A stretch of DNA of 63,931 nt, the filler included, from Octopus bimaculoides (Eukaryota): the NCBI RefSeq assembly GCF_001194135.2. It is 5 parts of 5 records of this genome, joined end to end, with 100 filler letters (N's around TTAATTAATTAA, not from the genome) between each part and the next. Parts side by side here need not be neighbours in the genome. Positions count along the whole stretch, not along the records: positions 1 to 29,996 come from NC_069002.1; 4 more parts are not named here. One strand, written 5' to 3'. The notes beneath the pieces were generated by a model that was given only the letters and a program-made list of their open reading frames with translations, was not told the DNA's origin and searched no databases. This document shows positions 1-12,089 of the stretch, piece by piece (positions within the stretch are counted from its first letter, which is position 1; every line of letters starts with the position of its first letter). The position numbers and the translations under genes were made by a program.

Positions 1-1749
1 ATACATATACATGTGTGTGTGTGTGTGTGTGTGAAGAGACCGAGACAAAGAGATAAACAGAAAGGGAAGAAACTGGAATACAAAATCAGTTAGGATTATG
101 AAACTATAAGATGAAAACTTTAAGGATGCAGACATGGAAAAAGAGCGCGATTTCAAATTCCTCCTTCACTGTTCACACCCCACCCATTTGATTTCACAAA
201 AAAAATATCTATTATAACGCTTTTATCTCCTGATACGAACATAGAATTAAACACGCTTTATTAAGCGTGTTTAATGATGGATTTTCAAACATACCCTAAA
301 TCTTATACGACGCTTTAAAAAAATATTTGAACATCAGAAATTCTGAGTCAGTAAATTTTGTTGCTGCCGTCAAGATGTACGTCCGATAGCAAAAATAAGA
401 TAATTTGTATTTACTGTTGATATATGTTGCAGTTCAAAGACTAGACCAAGTAAAAAATAAGCTCGTGACAAGCGGGCATTTAATGACGTGGTGTTAACTT
501 TGGCTGCCCTATGCAGTAGCCAATTTGGCAGTCCCTTTTCTTTAAACGTGACATATCTTGGACTACATTAAATACAGTTATATAAAGTGACCATCTTATG
601 TGATCTTCGCATCCTATAAATCCCATACTAAGTGCTGCTAGATTCGATCTTGCTCTGCGGTACCTTACCTTAGGCACGTTATTTCTACCTTTGCCTTCAA
701 TCTACACAAGCACTGTAAGTGAAATTTCGCTGAATCAGGTCGAATCAAATGTAATTGTTCCTTTTTGGAAGACATAATCACAAGAAACATTTCTAGCTTA
801 GACGTTCGTGTTTCGTTATTAATCCGTTTTCGTTTTTAATCTCGTATTATTTTTACCAATACTAACCGCCATGATACTTCTCTGCTGTTTTGCTGATGCC
901 TTCCTAATTATGTGATTTATTCTATTTATATCGGCCTTAGAATGATAGAATCAGAAATAATGAGATTAATCTCCTTGAGTTCTGTTTAAGATATTCAGAT
1001 CAAATAATTTTCAATGATTTAAGCGTCCTCTAAATTTTTAATACAATTATTTTGTTTTGTTTTTTGTCAGGTTATTCACTTCATATTTACAGATGAAAGA
1101 ATTTTTATATTTTCGTATATATTTCCATATCATTTCGATATATGCACTACTCCTGTAATTATTCTTTTATAAAGCCCAAACAATATAAGTTCTTAAAAAT
1201 AATACAGGCCAATAGTTAATACTTTTGGCCTTGTATTTCAATATTTCGTGGTTAGGACCTCTTTTTCGGGGACTTGAAACACAAGATAAAAATACTAACC
1301 TTCGACCTGTAATATTTCATATAACTTGCAATATTTTGTCTTTATTTTAAAAAATAATATTAAAATCATTTTTGTATGTCAGACAATATCTTGCAAACCA
1401 TACTACTCATTTTTTTTTCTTCATATTTTTAAGTTTCCATTCTAGCTTCTTTTGACATATGAACATTCCGTTCAGGATCGGTATGGGATATCGCTTTTTG
1501 TTTTGCGTAATGTATTTTCAACCATCCCTGATAAACCTTCCTCAGGTCTCTCTCTTCTCATATTTAGAAGCTTTTCAGTTTGTCCTTTGTCCGACACTCC
1601 GTAGATGCAGGATTCCGTTAGTGTAGTTATGCCTTTGAAAAATATCTGTGATGCTGTATTGTGTGGCGATTCCTCAGAATTTCAACGCTCACTCACTTGC
1701 AGTTAGGTGTTGCTAGAACTGAATTTGGTTTGACCTCTACATTTTCTTT

Positions 1750-2040
1750 AGCGTTTCTGTGACACTTTGAACGCTAATTGTTCTTCGACAATGTGTTTTT
1801 TTCTGGATAAGCAGACTATATCCATGCGAACAAATCCTGTCTTTACACAGTATGGATGGTGAAATTCATAGTTTAAGTAGAGTTCACTGGTACTTTTTTT
1901 TTTTCGATAACTTGAAGCTCTGCCATTATCTCCGTTATTGATATAAATGGCAGTTAGTTTCTGCTTTGTTTTTAGAGTAAATGGGATGGATGTACCTATC
2001 ATTCAGTTTATTCTTCAAGAAGGTGTACGTCCACAAGTTA
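1750..2040 (-). mobile_element. Degenerate Penelope-like element, RT C-terminal/thumb region
   Basis: SSYRKKKSTSELYLNYEFHHPYCVKTGFVR resembles the PLE motif VYRKPTHTxxYLNFxSHHPxSVKxGIV. Confidence 0.6.
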
Positions 2041-2167
2041 TTAATAAAGAAAAAAAGTTACCATTCTTGTATTTTAACCATTTTATATCATTCTAGCTAT
2101 CAATTATGACTGGGATAGCTAAACCCTATTTCACTGACTTTTACCATCAATATTTTGGATATAGAAA

Positions 2168-2450
2168 GGCGGCGAGCTAGCAGAATCGTTAGCACGCCGG
2201 GCGAAATGCTTAGCGGTATTTCGCCCATCGCTACTGTTCTGAGTTCAAATTCCACCGAGATCGAGTAGTAATATATAAAGGCGGTGAACTGGCAGAAACG
2301 TTAGCATGTCGGGTGAAATGCTTAGAGGTATTTCGTCTGTCTTTACGTTTTGTGTTCAAATTCCACCGAGGCCGACTTTGCCTTTCATCCCTTCGGGGTC
2401 GACAAATTAAGTACCAGTTTTGGGCCTTGTGCCTAGAGTAGAAAAGAATA
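2168..2450 (+). mobile_element. tRNA-derived SINE family A (Meta-like core), tandem head + fuller copy
   Basis: GGCGGCGAGCTAGCAGAATCGTTAGC head twice; GCCTTTCATCCCTTCGGGGTCGAC..AAGTACCAG core. Confidence 0.85.
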
Positions 2451-2939
2451 TTTTGGATATGAAAATGAATCTCCTGTTATAGTATTTTATGTTATCCCGT
2501 GTTTTTGTATATTGTTCATTTTAGGTGCACGAACATCTAAGCTTATATCGTTCTGGTCTAATTATTTGATTTCGCTGTTGAAATCTAAATTTGTAGTATG
2601 AGTTTTACTTTTGACGTTTCATGTACGGTTGTTATATTTGTGAAACTTCATATTCATTTTGATATCAACGTTATATCTCTGTATCTCAATATTATTTTCT
2701 GCACGGTATCCAGCAGATCTGAAGCCATATATATATATATATAATTTTAATTATCGACCATTTACTATCGAGATCAATTTGTAATCAGAATCAGGTATTC
2801 TATTGTTATCAAGTAGAGACTGATGTGGTGTTGATAATACTGCGATATTGTAACTATCTTATATTATCATACTATCTTCGATATCGAGGGCTTTTGTACA
2901 CTTTAAAAGGATTTTCGGTAATCAATCCACACTTTTCTA

Positions 2940-3200
2940 AGATATTCATTTTATCATTGTCTTCAGTAACTGTCCCCGTGACCAATGGGTTTATAGCTAT
3001 ACATCCCATTGAAACATCCTTTATGATCCTCTAATCGGATATCATTATCTTCGATGTGAGACTCAGCGCATCAGCGGCCATAGGTATCAGGGTATTATAC
3101 AATTTTACGCTGATACTGCAAAAGTTGAAGAGATTGTAAATTGCAGAGAAGTCTTAATTGCATACGAAATTCCTTGATAAATGTTCTACTGTATAGGCAG
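2940..3200 (+). mobile_element. Possible ancient CR1/L2 RT relic
   Basis: Weak remnants VPVTNG...FMIL (cf. PVTSGVPQGS..LFLIY) and IQFYAD-TAKV (cf. LFADDAK); heavily disrupted. Confidence 0.25.
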
Positions 3201-3267
3201 AACCATTCTTTTCTCATTATTACATTTTTCTCTCAATTGTCTTTTGTATTTATTACATCTTATCTAG

Positions 3268-3415
3268 GTATGACTATAGACTACATCCGGAAGTAGGACC
3301 CTGGGGCTCTGCTTTCAGGGTTTGAGGAATGTGGAGCCATCTCTTAGCCACTATTGTTCCCAGGTCTTCTCTGGTCCGGAGTGGTAGCATCTGTAAGGAT
3401 CCCAGCTATGGGGTT
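3268..3415 (+). repeat. Dispersed SINE-like repeat (family F), copy 1
   Basis: GACTACATCCGG...CCCAGGTC..CTCTGGTCCGGAGTGGTAGCA..TG..GGATCCCAGCTATGGG; diverged second copy at about 6640-6790. Confidence 0.6.
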
Positions 3416-3420
3416 AGCTA

Positions 3421-5420
3421 GCACACCCCGCTGCAACCGGGAGGAGGGTCGGTAGAATGCAGTCTCCATATTCCCCGTCTGACGTAAGAGACAACTATAA
3501 GGGCTGAGGAGAGGGGACTGGGAATCCTCTCCTCTAAGTAAATCCATATTCCTAAAAAGACAGCAAGAAAAAGACAAGGGGATGGGGAAAAGATTAACAC
3601 CAAATCTCACCCTAGTACTAGGGTATGGAATGTGTGTGGGTGTAGTACAAGTGAGGTAAAGAGGAGAGAGATAGGGAGTGTGAGGAGGAGAAGGATAGAT
3701 GTGCTGGCACTGAGCGAGACTAAGATGAAAGGTAAGGGAGAATACCAGTTTAGGGGTGTAACTGGACGAGTGTCGGGCGTTGGAGCAGGAGGGCTCGTCG
3801 GGGAGTGGCATTGCTGGTGCGTGAGCGTGTGACGAAGAGCGTGGGGGGAGAGGTGTGGGTGTTTTTAGTGGATATGGTCCAGGGATGAAAGGAATGAGGA
3901 AGAAGTAGAGGAGTTCTGGAGCGAACTGACAGAATGTGTGGATGGGGTGGGGAAAAGTGGGTATGTGATGGCGTTGGGTAATTTGAATACGCGAATGAGA
4001 AATGAGGAAGTAGAAAATGTAGTAGGAAAATATGGAGTTCCTCACTGGAATGAGAGTGGAAGGAAGTTGGAAATGTGTATGGAGCTGGAGTTGGTGGTGG
4101 GGAATAGTTTTTTTTTTAATTGGGAGAAAAACAAGGCGGAGAGAGGACCAGTAGTGGATAGGGCCTTGATGGATTATATATTAATTGATAAGATTGTAGT
4201 AGGAAGGCTTGAGGATGTGCATGTAATGAGAGGTGAAGGTGGAGTGTCTTAGTACAGGGTAAGTTGAAGGTATGCTAGACAAGTGACAGGGAGGAGAGAA
4301 GTTACGAGTGTGAGTAAACTGGATAGGAGAGAGAAGAAGCAGGAGTATGTAGAGAAACTAAGAGATGAATATGAACAGGTTAAGAAAAGGGTGTCAGAAG
4401 ATGTGGAGGTGGAGTGGGAGGCTTTAAGACAGACAGTAATTAAATATGCGATTGAGGTATGTGGTACACGAATGGTTGGAATGGGTGAGGTAAGGTAGTG
4501 AGTATTGGAATGAGCAGGTAAAAAATGCGGTGGCAGAGAAAAACAGGCCTTTGAAGAGTGGTCACAGAAAGGCGATGGAGAGGCTTATGATCGCTATAGA
4601 GAAGTGAAGAGGTGAATAAAGGGAGTTGTGAGTGTGGCGAAATGGGAGGCGAGTGAAAGGTTCGGGAAAAAGCTCAGTGAAAATTTTTTAAGAGCTAAAA
4701 AGATGTTTTGAAAAGAGGTACAGAGGTAAGAAAGGTGGTTGGATGAAGGGAAGAAAGGGTGACGGATGTAAATGGAAATTTGTTGAAAGGAAGTGAGGAT
4801 GTACAAAGGAGATGGGAAGAGTATTTTAGTGAGCTGTTAAATGTGGAGGATGTTATGGAGGCAAGTATATTGGCTGTAGGAGGAGAGAGGAGAATGCCTG
4901 TTGTTGGTGAATGGAACTATAGTGCATTTGGAAGAGAGGAGGTGATAGAATCCTTGCGGAATATGTCAAACCGGAAGGCACCAGGTATAGATGGGTGTAC
5001 AGTGGAATGCCTAAAGAAAAGAGGAGTGACAGTGATTGAATGGTTAGTGAGGGTCATGAATGTTTTTTTATATGGTTGGAAGAGTACCAAAGGACTGGTG
5101 CAGGGTCTGTATAGTGCCATTGTATAAGGGGAAAGGGGATAAATGTGAGTGTGGAAATTTTAGGAGTATAAGTCTTTTGTATGTGGTTGGTAAACTGTAT
5201 GGGAGAATACTGAATGTTAGGGTGAGGAACCAGACAGAGAGTGTACTAGGGGTGGAGCAGTATGGTTTTAGGAGTGGAAGCGGGTGCGCAGATGAAATAT
5301 TTGTAGTAAGGCAGTTGTGTAAGACGTTTTTGGCGAAAGGGAAGTATATTGGGCCATTATGGACCTAGAGAAGGCATATGACAGTGTAGGTAGGGATGCA
5401 ATGTGATAGGTGTTGTGGCC
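3421..5420 (+). mobile_element. RTE-clade LINE, 5' UTR + APE endonuclease + N-terminal half of RT; frameshifted and 3'-truncated
   Basis: Broken frames give IDVLALSETKMKGKGE, LGNLN, LMDYILIDK, RRWEEYFSELLN, KAPGIDG, CIVPLYKGKGDK, ISLLYVVGKLYGRIL, EQYGFRSG and DLEKAYDSV. Strong G-rich strand skew. Confidence 0.93.
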
Positions 5421-5485
5421 ATCCAAAGCCATGTAAGTGGATTTGGTAGACAGAAAGTGAAAGAAGCCCGTCGTATGTATATACA
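5420..5485 (+). mobile_element. SINE family B internal fragment fused to the truncated RTE
   Basis: CCAAAGCCATGTAAGTGGATTTGGTAGACAGAAAGTGAAAGAAGCCCGTCGTA. Confidence 0.8.
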
Positions 5486-5660
5486 TACACACATATATAT
5501 ATACATACATACATATATATATATATATACACACACANNNNNNNNNNNNNNNNNNNNNNNNNNNNNNNNNNNNNNNNNNNNNNNNNNNNNNNNNNNNNNN
5601 NNNNNNNNNNNNNNNNNNNNNNNNNNNNNNNNNNNNNNNNNNNNNNTATATATATATACA

Positions 5661-5905
5661 TATGGGAGAATTTACGAAAAAAACAACAGACGAAGAGAGG
5701 TGGTGTAAACAACATAATATATATGCATGATATATATATATACATAATTCTCTCTCTGTTTATTTCCTCGTGTTCCTTCCTGTTGAAGAGCGTAGGCTCG
5801 AAACGTAAAAGACTTCCTCACCTTCCCGAGCGTCAAACTAATACACCTGATTATTGTTTATACACCTGTCTTCGTCTTTTGTTTATCTATAAATTTCAAC
5901 TACAC
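5661..5905. mobile_element. Penelope-like element terminal repeats: an inverted tail copy (5661-5713) and a sense copy with hammerhead-like core (5745-5905)
   Basis: CTGTTGAAGAGCGTAGGCTCGAAACGTAAAAGAC followed by a ...ACACCTGTCTTCGTC.. tail. 5661-5713 is a diverged reverse complement of the tail. Homologous to 25690-25845. Confidence 0.7.
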
Positions 5906-6326
5906 ACACACACGCACATGACCGTCGTTCTGGAAGTAAAGCAAGAGTGGGTCAAATGTCCTTTATTAACTGACATAAATCATTGGCGTTGCACTTGTTG
6001 ATAGATTAACTTTTATTCTATACAAAGGTACTGCCCAACATAGTTTGCATTACAAGCCATGTATTTACATCACCGTTGAAGCCAACTCTTGAATCCTCTT
6101 TGAAACAGCTCAGGTGGACACAATTGCACCCACTTCTTCACGACCAATGTCCCTCTCCTGAGCCACCAAAGCAATGACCCGAAGATCGAAGGGGTAAAAG
6201 TTGCAAGGTTCTAGATTCTGGCCGTANNNNNNNNNNNNNNNNNNNNNNNNNNNNNNNNNNNNNNNNNNNNNNNNNNNNNNNNNNNNNNNNNNNNNNNNNN
6301 NNNNNNNNNNNNNNNNNNNNNNNNNN

Positions 6327-6369
<43 letters not shown>

Positions 6370-6639
6370 TGTAATAAGCGGAGCAAGGGTGCACACGAAG
6401 ACGGAAAGTGTCACTGAAGAGCTTACAGATGTGTGACGAATGATTTTCTGACAATGGACATGAGTTAGAATAAGAACAGTAATAAACGAGTGACGAATGA
6501 ATGTATAGAGCATGCGTTTACTTGGCAAAACAAAATGACCATTCCTAAATGAAACTATATCTCTATATCTGTTTCAACACACGGTTTCACGCCAGGAAAC
6601 TTGCAAGACAAATTCATATATATATATATATATATACTT

Positions 6640-6790
6640 CAAACTACATCCGGTAATAAGGGTCTTGTTTGGGATTTCTATTTCTTTGAAGAGTGTGAAA
6701 CCACCTCTTCACCATTATTGTTGCCAGCTCTACTCCTATCTTCCAACCAGGAGTAGTATCACAGGGTAGGGTACCAGCTATGGGTTTACT
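6640..6790 (+). repeat. Dispersed SINE-like repeat (family F), copy 2
   Basis: AACTACATCCGG...GGAGTAGTATC...GGTACCAGCTATGGG, collinear with 3268-3415. Confidence 0.5.
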
Positions 6791-6902
6791 AGCATATGAA
6801 AGTCCCCTACTTCTCTCGGCAGTATTTTGGCAATGTTTTGAATGCTATTTTGATATTGAAGGAATGAATTAAGTGGTTAGCTAGTATGAAAATGGTCCCC
6901 GT

Positions 6903-7036
6903 TGGTATATAAATATATGTATGTATGTGTGTGAGAGAGAGAGAGAGAGAGACAGAGAGACAGACAGACAGACAGAGAGAGAGAGAGAGACAGACAGAGA
7001 GAGAGAGAGAGAGACAGAGAGAGAGAGAGACAGAGA
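6903..7036. repeat. Compound (AT)/(GT)/(GA)/(GACA) microsatellite
   Basis: Directly visible. Confidence 0.95.
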
Positions 7037-8141
7037 GAAAAGGTTGATTTCGATTGCATCCTTTACTTTGGGGATTCCAAAGTTAGATTTCTAATAAAGA
7101 TTTTTCATATTAAGCTTACTATTGTATTTTTTTAAATATGAATATGTTACAAGTATAAGGTGTGTTTTGAGCATTCATATTTGTTTTTATATATGTGTGT
7201 GTGTGTGTGTGTATAAACATATGATAAATGCTTTATATGGAATGTATATCACTATATTACTTACCTTCATATAGAGAGACTGTTTCTTAAACATTTTCCG
7301 CTTATATTTCAAAATATCCTTTAGCCACATCAGTTTTAGTTCATACACAGCTAGACTCAACTCTACCTAAGTATGTTTTTATCTATCATCTTTGATAATC
7401 ATATTATGAACATCCAAATATTTTATATGACACTCACTCCATCTAGTATTCTGTAACGATATAATACTCTTCTGATGTATTCTTTTTGATGTATTTTTCT
7501 TTCACACTGAGGAGAACAGTAATATGTAATTAATTTAATTATAATTATAATTTAATTAATTTTAAATTTTTTCTGTCTCTTACATGTTTATATTACCATT
7601 CGAAAGCATGAATTAAAATTTTATAAAACTTTTAACATCTTCTCTTCTCCATCTTTAATTTTTTATGGAGTTTCTAAAGGATATGTGTTTTATAAATGCT
7701 CATAGCACACATTATATATATGTGTGTGTGTGTTAGTGTGTGTGTGTATAAACAAAAACAACAGATGGATTGTAGTTTACTGACTACAGCTATTTCAGAC
7801 GCTTTTCTGTTCTTTTTATTGATGAACAGAACTTTAACATGGTGCGAGAATAACGTTTTCATCACGTGAATACATGTAGGAATTTAATATTTCAAAACAT
7901 CTCAAATTCGCAAGTAGGTGTCATTTCACGACTCTCCGACGAAATTCGGTCAAAGAGTGATTACACTCCTCGAATTTGCAGTTTATAAACAGGAAGCATT
8001 TAGGTGACTAAAATGTGTATATCATGTTCTACCTCACTAAAAAAAATAAGAAATAAGATAAGGTTTTTTTTATTATATTTTAACCGATATATAACTAGAC
8101 GACAGATTTCCGGCCCAAAAGTCATAAATATATATATATAA

Positions 8142-8340
8142 GGCGAACTGGCTGAATCGCTAGCACATCGGACAAAAGTTCTTAGCGACATTTTTTCCGG
8201 CTCTTATTCCAATTCCACCGAATTAGACTTTACCGTTCATCCATTCGAAGTCGATAAATTAAGTACCCATTAAGTATGAGGCTCAATACAACTGTCCTTC
8301 TCACTATAGTATTATTTGTTTGTCCACAAAACTTGAAACG
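8142..8340 (+). mobile_element. SINE family A copy
   Basis: Head and TCATCC..GTCGATAAATTAAGTACC core. Confidence 0.75.
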
Positions 8341-8346
8341 ATTAGA

Positions 8347-8380
<34 letters not shown>

Positions 8381-9046
8381 GCAATCTCTATACCATAAGT
8401 AAAACAGACTGCTAGCATGTACTTGCTAATTGATACTTGCTACTGACGAATCTCAAGGAGATAGAAATGCGTATTAAGTTATGTCTTCATTGCTTTTCTG
8501 CCGGACGATTTTCGTCTGTTACTTATATATCTGCGTTTCGTTAATACTGGACGTCTTTAAGGGATGCGTATCTGAGACAATTACCGCAGTTTAACAGAAA
8601 CTAACAGTATATATATTTTCAGCCATTGGACTGTGACCATTGGAACTCCTCGCGAATATGAGTGCGTTCCTATTTCATTAAGTATATATACTACCAATTT
8701 TAGAATATGTACTGCCGAAAATAACCGATATTCTAATATGTGGCTGCGTGTGCGAGTGTGTGCGAGTGTGTGCGAGTGTGCGAGTGTATGCGAACATGCG
8801 TATGTGTGCAAGTGTGTATGTGTGTGTTTGTGCGCGTGCGTGCGTTTATTTAAATGTGCTTTTAAAATATTTATTGCTATATAGTTATTAGTGCTCGACA
8901 AACAAGAACTGAAGCACGCAAAATGGTATTAATTTTATGCTGAAATGATTTTAATCTTTACCTGAAGAATTGTATTGTTTTTGGGTTTTTTTTGTTTTTG
9001 TGGTTCTGTCTTTTTTTTTGCTTTTTGTTCTGTTGCTTATATTACA

Positions 9047-9849
9047 CTAGCTATTTTTCCCGGTTTCACTCGGGCAGTGTGGTGGATTTGGTTAAAGGCT
9101 ATTTCCTATGTATATTTTGAATAATAAAAAGAACTAAAACTAAAAAATTTTTAAAAATCCAAAAACAAAAAAACGTAAGAACAACCCAAAAACAATACGA
9201 TGCTAAGGATTTTGCGGGTCGATATTGTAAAACTAACTTCACATGCGTACCCATAGCTCCATGTAGTCACGGAACCTTATTTGTGGTATNNNNNNNNNNN
9301 NNNNNNNNNNNNNNNNNNNNNNNNNNNNNNNNNNNNNNNNNNNNNNNNNNNNNNNNNNNNNNNNNNNNNNNNNNNNNNNNNNNNNNNNNNNNNNNNNNNN
9401 NNNNNNNNNNNNNNNNNNNNNNNNNNNNNNNNNNNNNNNNNNNNNNNNNNNNNNNNNNNNNNNNNNNNNNNNNNNNNNNNNNNNNNNNNNNNNNNNNNNN
9501 NNNNNNNNNNNNNNNNNNNNNNNNNNNNNNNNNNNNNNNNNNNNNNNNNNNNNNNNNNNNNNNNNNNNNNNNNNNNNNNNNNNNNNNNNNNNNNNNNNNN
9601 NNNNNNNNNNNNNNNNNNNNNNNNNNNNNNNNNNNNNNNNNNNNNNNNNNNNNNTGTACAAAAAATTGAAATTATTTTTTTTCTGTGCCTCTGATTAAAA
9701 TTTTCGAAAAACAAAGCCAGCCACATTACTTGGAAAAAAATAATCTTTATTGTGCTGGTTTTTCGTAAAATTTCGCCCATGGGAAAGGCAACAAAATCGC
9801 CCCTCCCCACTTTGAATGGGATATTCCTATCTTAAAAAGTAATAATAGA
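9047..9849 (-). mobile_element. Non-autonomous Helitron with both termini intact (centre in N gap)
   Basis: Minus strand reads A|TCTATTATTACTTTTTAAG...CCCGAGTGAAACCGGG-AAAAATAG-CTAG|T: 5' TC, subterminal hairpin, 3' CTAG, AT target. Confidence 0.8.
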
Positions 9850-9977
9850 TTATCTCGGTAACCATGGGAGTTGGAGGGCAATAAAAACCTCCTGAACATG
9901 AGCGGACCATGCTGCCGCTCTGTGCTGAATTTCACGCAAGTCCACTGCACCGTTCTCGAGTGAATTTGCCGACACTC

Positions 9978-10020
9978 AATAAATCAAGCAATCAAGCAAT
10001 CAAGCAATCAAGCAATCAAG
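9978..10020 (+). repeat. (AATCAAGC)n tandem repeat, about 5 units
   Basis: Directly visible after AATAA; resembles a LINE-type 3' tail. Confidence 0.8.
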
Positions 10021-10699
10021 AACACTGCAATTTATAGTATAGATAAAATACAGAAAAACTTCCTCCTGGTTCAGAAACAGACCCACGATAACTTTTGGCA
10101 ATATAGTATTAGAAATTTCACCGACAAACCTGCTGCCAAACTGTGCCATTAAACAACTTGGTCTTTGTTATAGAAACCTCTCTCTTTTGCGATATACTTC
10201 ACCTATTTCTGGCAGCTGACCAATATTTCTTTGAAACTCGCAATGTTACAAAAAAACATTCTTTCCTATATATTGGCTGTCGTTGTCACTACCGAAGCTC
10301 TCTTTGGTGTTACCACAGTTATCCTGGGTGATATTGTTAATGGCATCGATAATGACACTAACAATGTAAACGCAGTTATATTTCTGTCACACGGCTCTCA
10401 CTATTTATGTTTTATTCACGCGTGAATACTCAACATTTCCTACAAATCACTTGTTTTAAGAGACATTTAAATAAAACAACTGAATTATGTCGTTCCTGTA
10501 CTTAAAGTTTCAAAACGGTGTGATGCTGTGCTTACAATCGACTGTTACACGCAGCAATAACATTTATAAGTAAATATTACATTAACATGTAGTTGAAGTT
10601 CTCTTATGAGACTCGGAAAAATAGTGAGGATTTTCACTTCTGAATAAGCTCAAAATGATTTTTCGAAATGCTCACTGAAGGACTTCTAGACTCAATTAT

Positions 10700-11170
10700 G
10701 CTATAGGAGCACATAAATCTCACATTTTTTAGTACACTTAAACAGTTACGGTTTCAAAGAAGAGTATTAATACTGTTAGTGGAAAGCCTTCCATTTTTCA
10801 AAAGTAAAACATAGTATTGTAAAGACTCTATGCCAGTCAGGGATAAGCATCATTTCGAATTACACTTTAGTGGAAGGTGAAATAATTTATTCCGAATAAA
10901 TTTCGTTTATTTCAGTTGTTTATGACAGCAATTCATTGCAAACTTTAGCATTATATAACTGTATCGAGGACCATAAAGAACAAATCAATGATATTACGTA
11001 GTAAGTTAAGACTTAATATTAAGCTACTCCGATGCTAAAGGTATCCAAGACACCGAACTAACGAAACTAAAGATAAAAATGTCATTAATTCTCCGATATG
11101 CAATCGGAGACAGTTCGCATAAATATTGGAGATAGCATACAGAGTTAAAATTGTTTCATTCACAAGAAGT
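10700..11170 (+). mobile_element. Possible very old Penelope-like relic
   Basis: Scattered FLVHLNS, KVKHSIVKTL and NIGDS remnants in the expected RT-to-GIY-YIG order; many stops. Confidence 0.25.
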
Positions 11171-11446
11171 TTAATGTGACGCATTCATTGATGTGCTTAA
11201 GAAATACAGGTACGATGCAAAACGTAATAGATATAAACGGATTACCATAGTTGATCAATAAGGCCATCTCTAAAGGAAGAAAGAAAGCTGTTCGAAATAA
11301 AATAAAAACATTCAACAAATGAGAATTTAATCTGAGCTGATTTAGAACAGTATGAGAAGTAATTCAATAGATATCTCACCAAGATTACTATTACAGATAA
11401 ACATGAAATAAATATTGACACGATTCCAATAACAAATAACAACAAC

Positions 11447-11477
11447 CATAATAATGATAATGATGATGATGATGATG

Positions 11478-11533
<56 letters not shown>

Positions 11534-11548
11534 TATAATAATAATAAC
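11447..11548. repeat. (GAT)n-(AAT)n microsatellite
   Basis: Directly visible. Confidence 0.95.
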
Positions 11549-12089
11549 AGCTACAACATTTGTATTATGTCACAAAGCTTTGGAGGAAAGCATTTGGCTG
11601 ATTACCTATGATGTCTCACCGATTCCAGATAATACGAACAACGATCAATTAGATGTAAAGTTTTCTTCCTTCTTCCTCGCAAACAGCCATTATCTTCGGT
11701 AAAACATGATTTCTTCACACATCCACCCCCAACTAACATGCAAAGTACACTTCGCCTTCCTCTCTGAGACACAAATCTGTTTTTCTATCTCAAGCTCATG
11801 TACGGATAGAGGAGGGCTGAATATGTAGCACCACCAGCCAGATTTGAACACCGCTTCTATTGTTCTAACCATTACAATAAAGCAACATTACGACCCTTGA
11901 TCTCTCAAAATTAGTTGACTTAAGCTAAGTAGACCTGAGGATATATTAGTGTGGCCTTGAGCAGGGCTCTCAGTCTAAAATGTACCATCATATAATATTA
12001 TGTGTATGTATATTATTATTTAACTTTATTTTTAGATTTTTTTGCCAATCTAAAAATAGCTGGCTTATATGTATTGTATACTCTTTTAT

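Noticed and set aside
3344-4045. 233-aa minus-strand Pro/Ser/His-rich ORF
   Set aside because: Antisense shadow of the G-rich RTE strand.
11606-11763. 158-nt minus-strand open segment with AG/GT ends (..GGGCVKKSCFTEDNGCLRGRRKKTLHLIDRCSYYLESVRHH)
   Set aside because: No recognisable homology and only moderate splice signals; not supportable as a CDS without RNA data.
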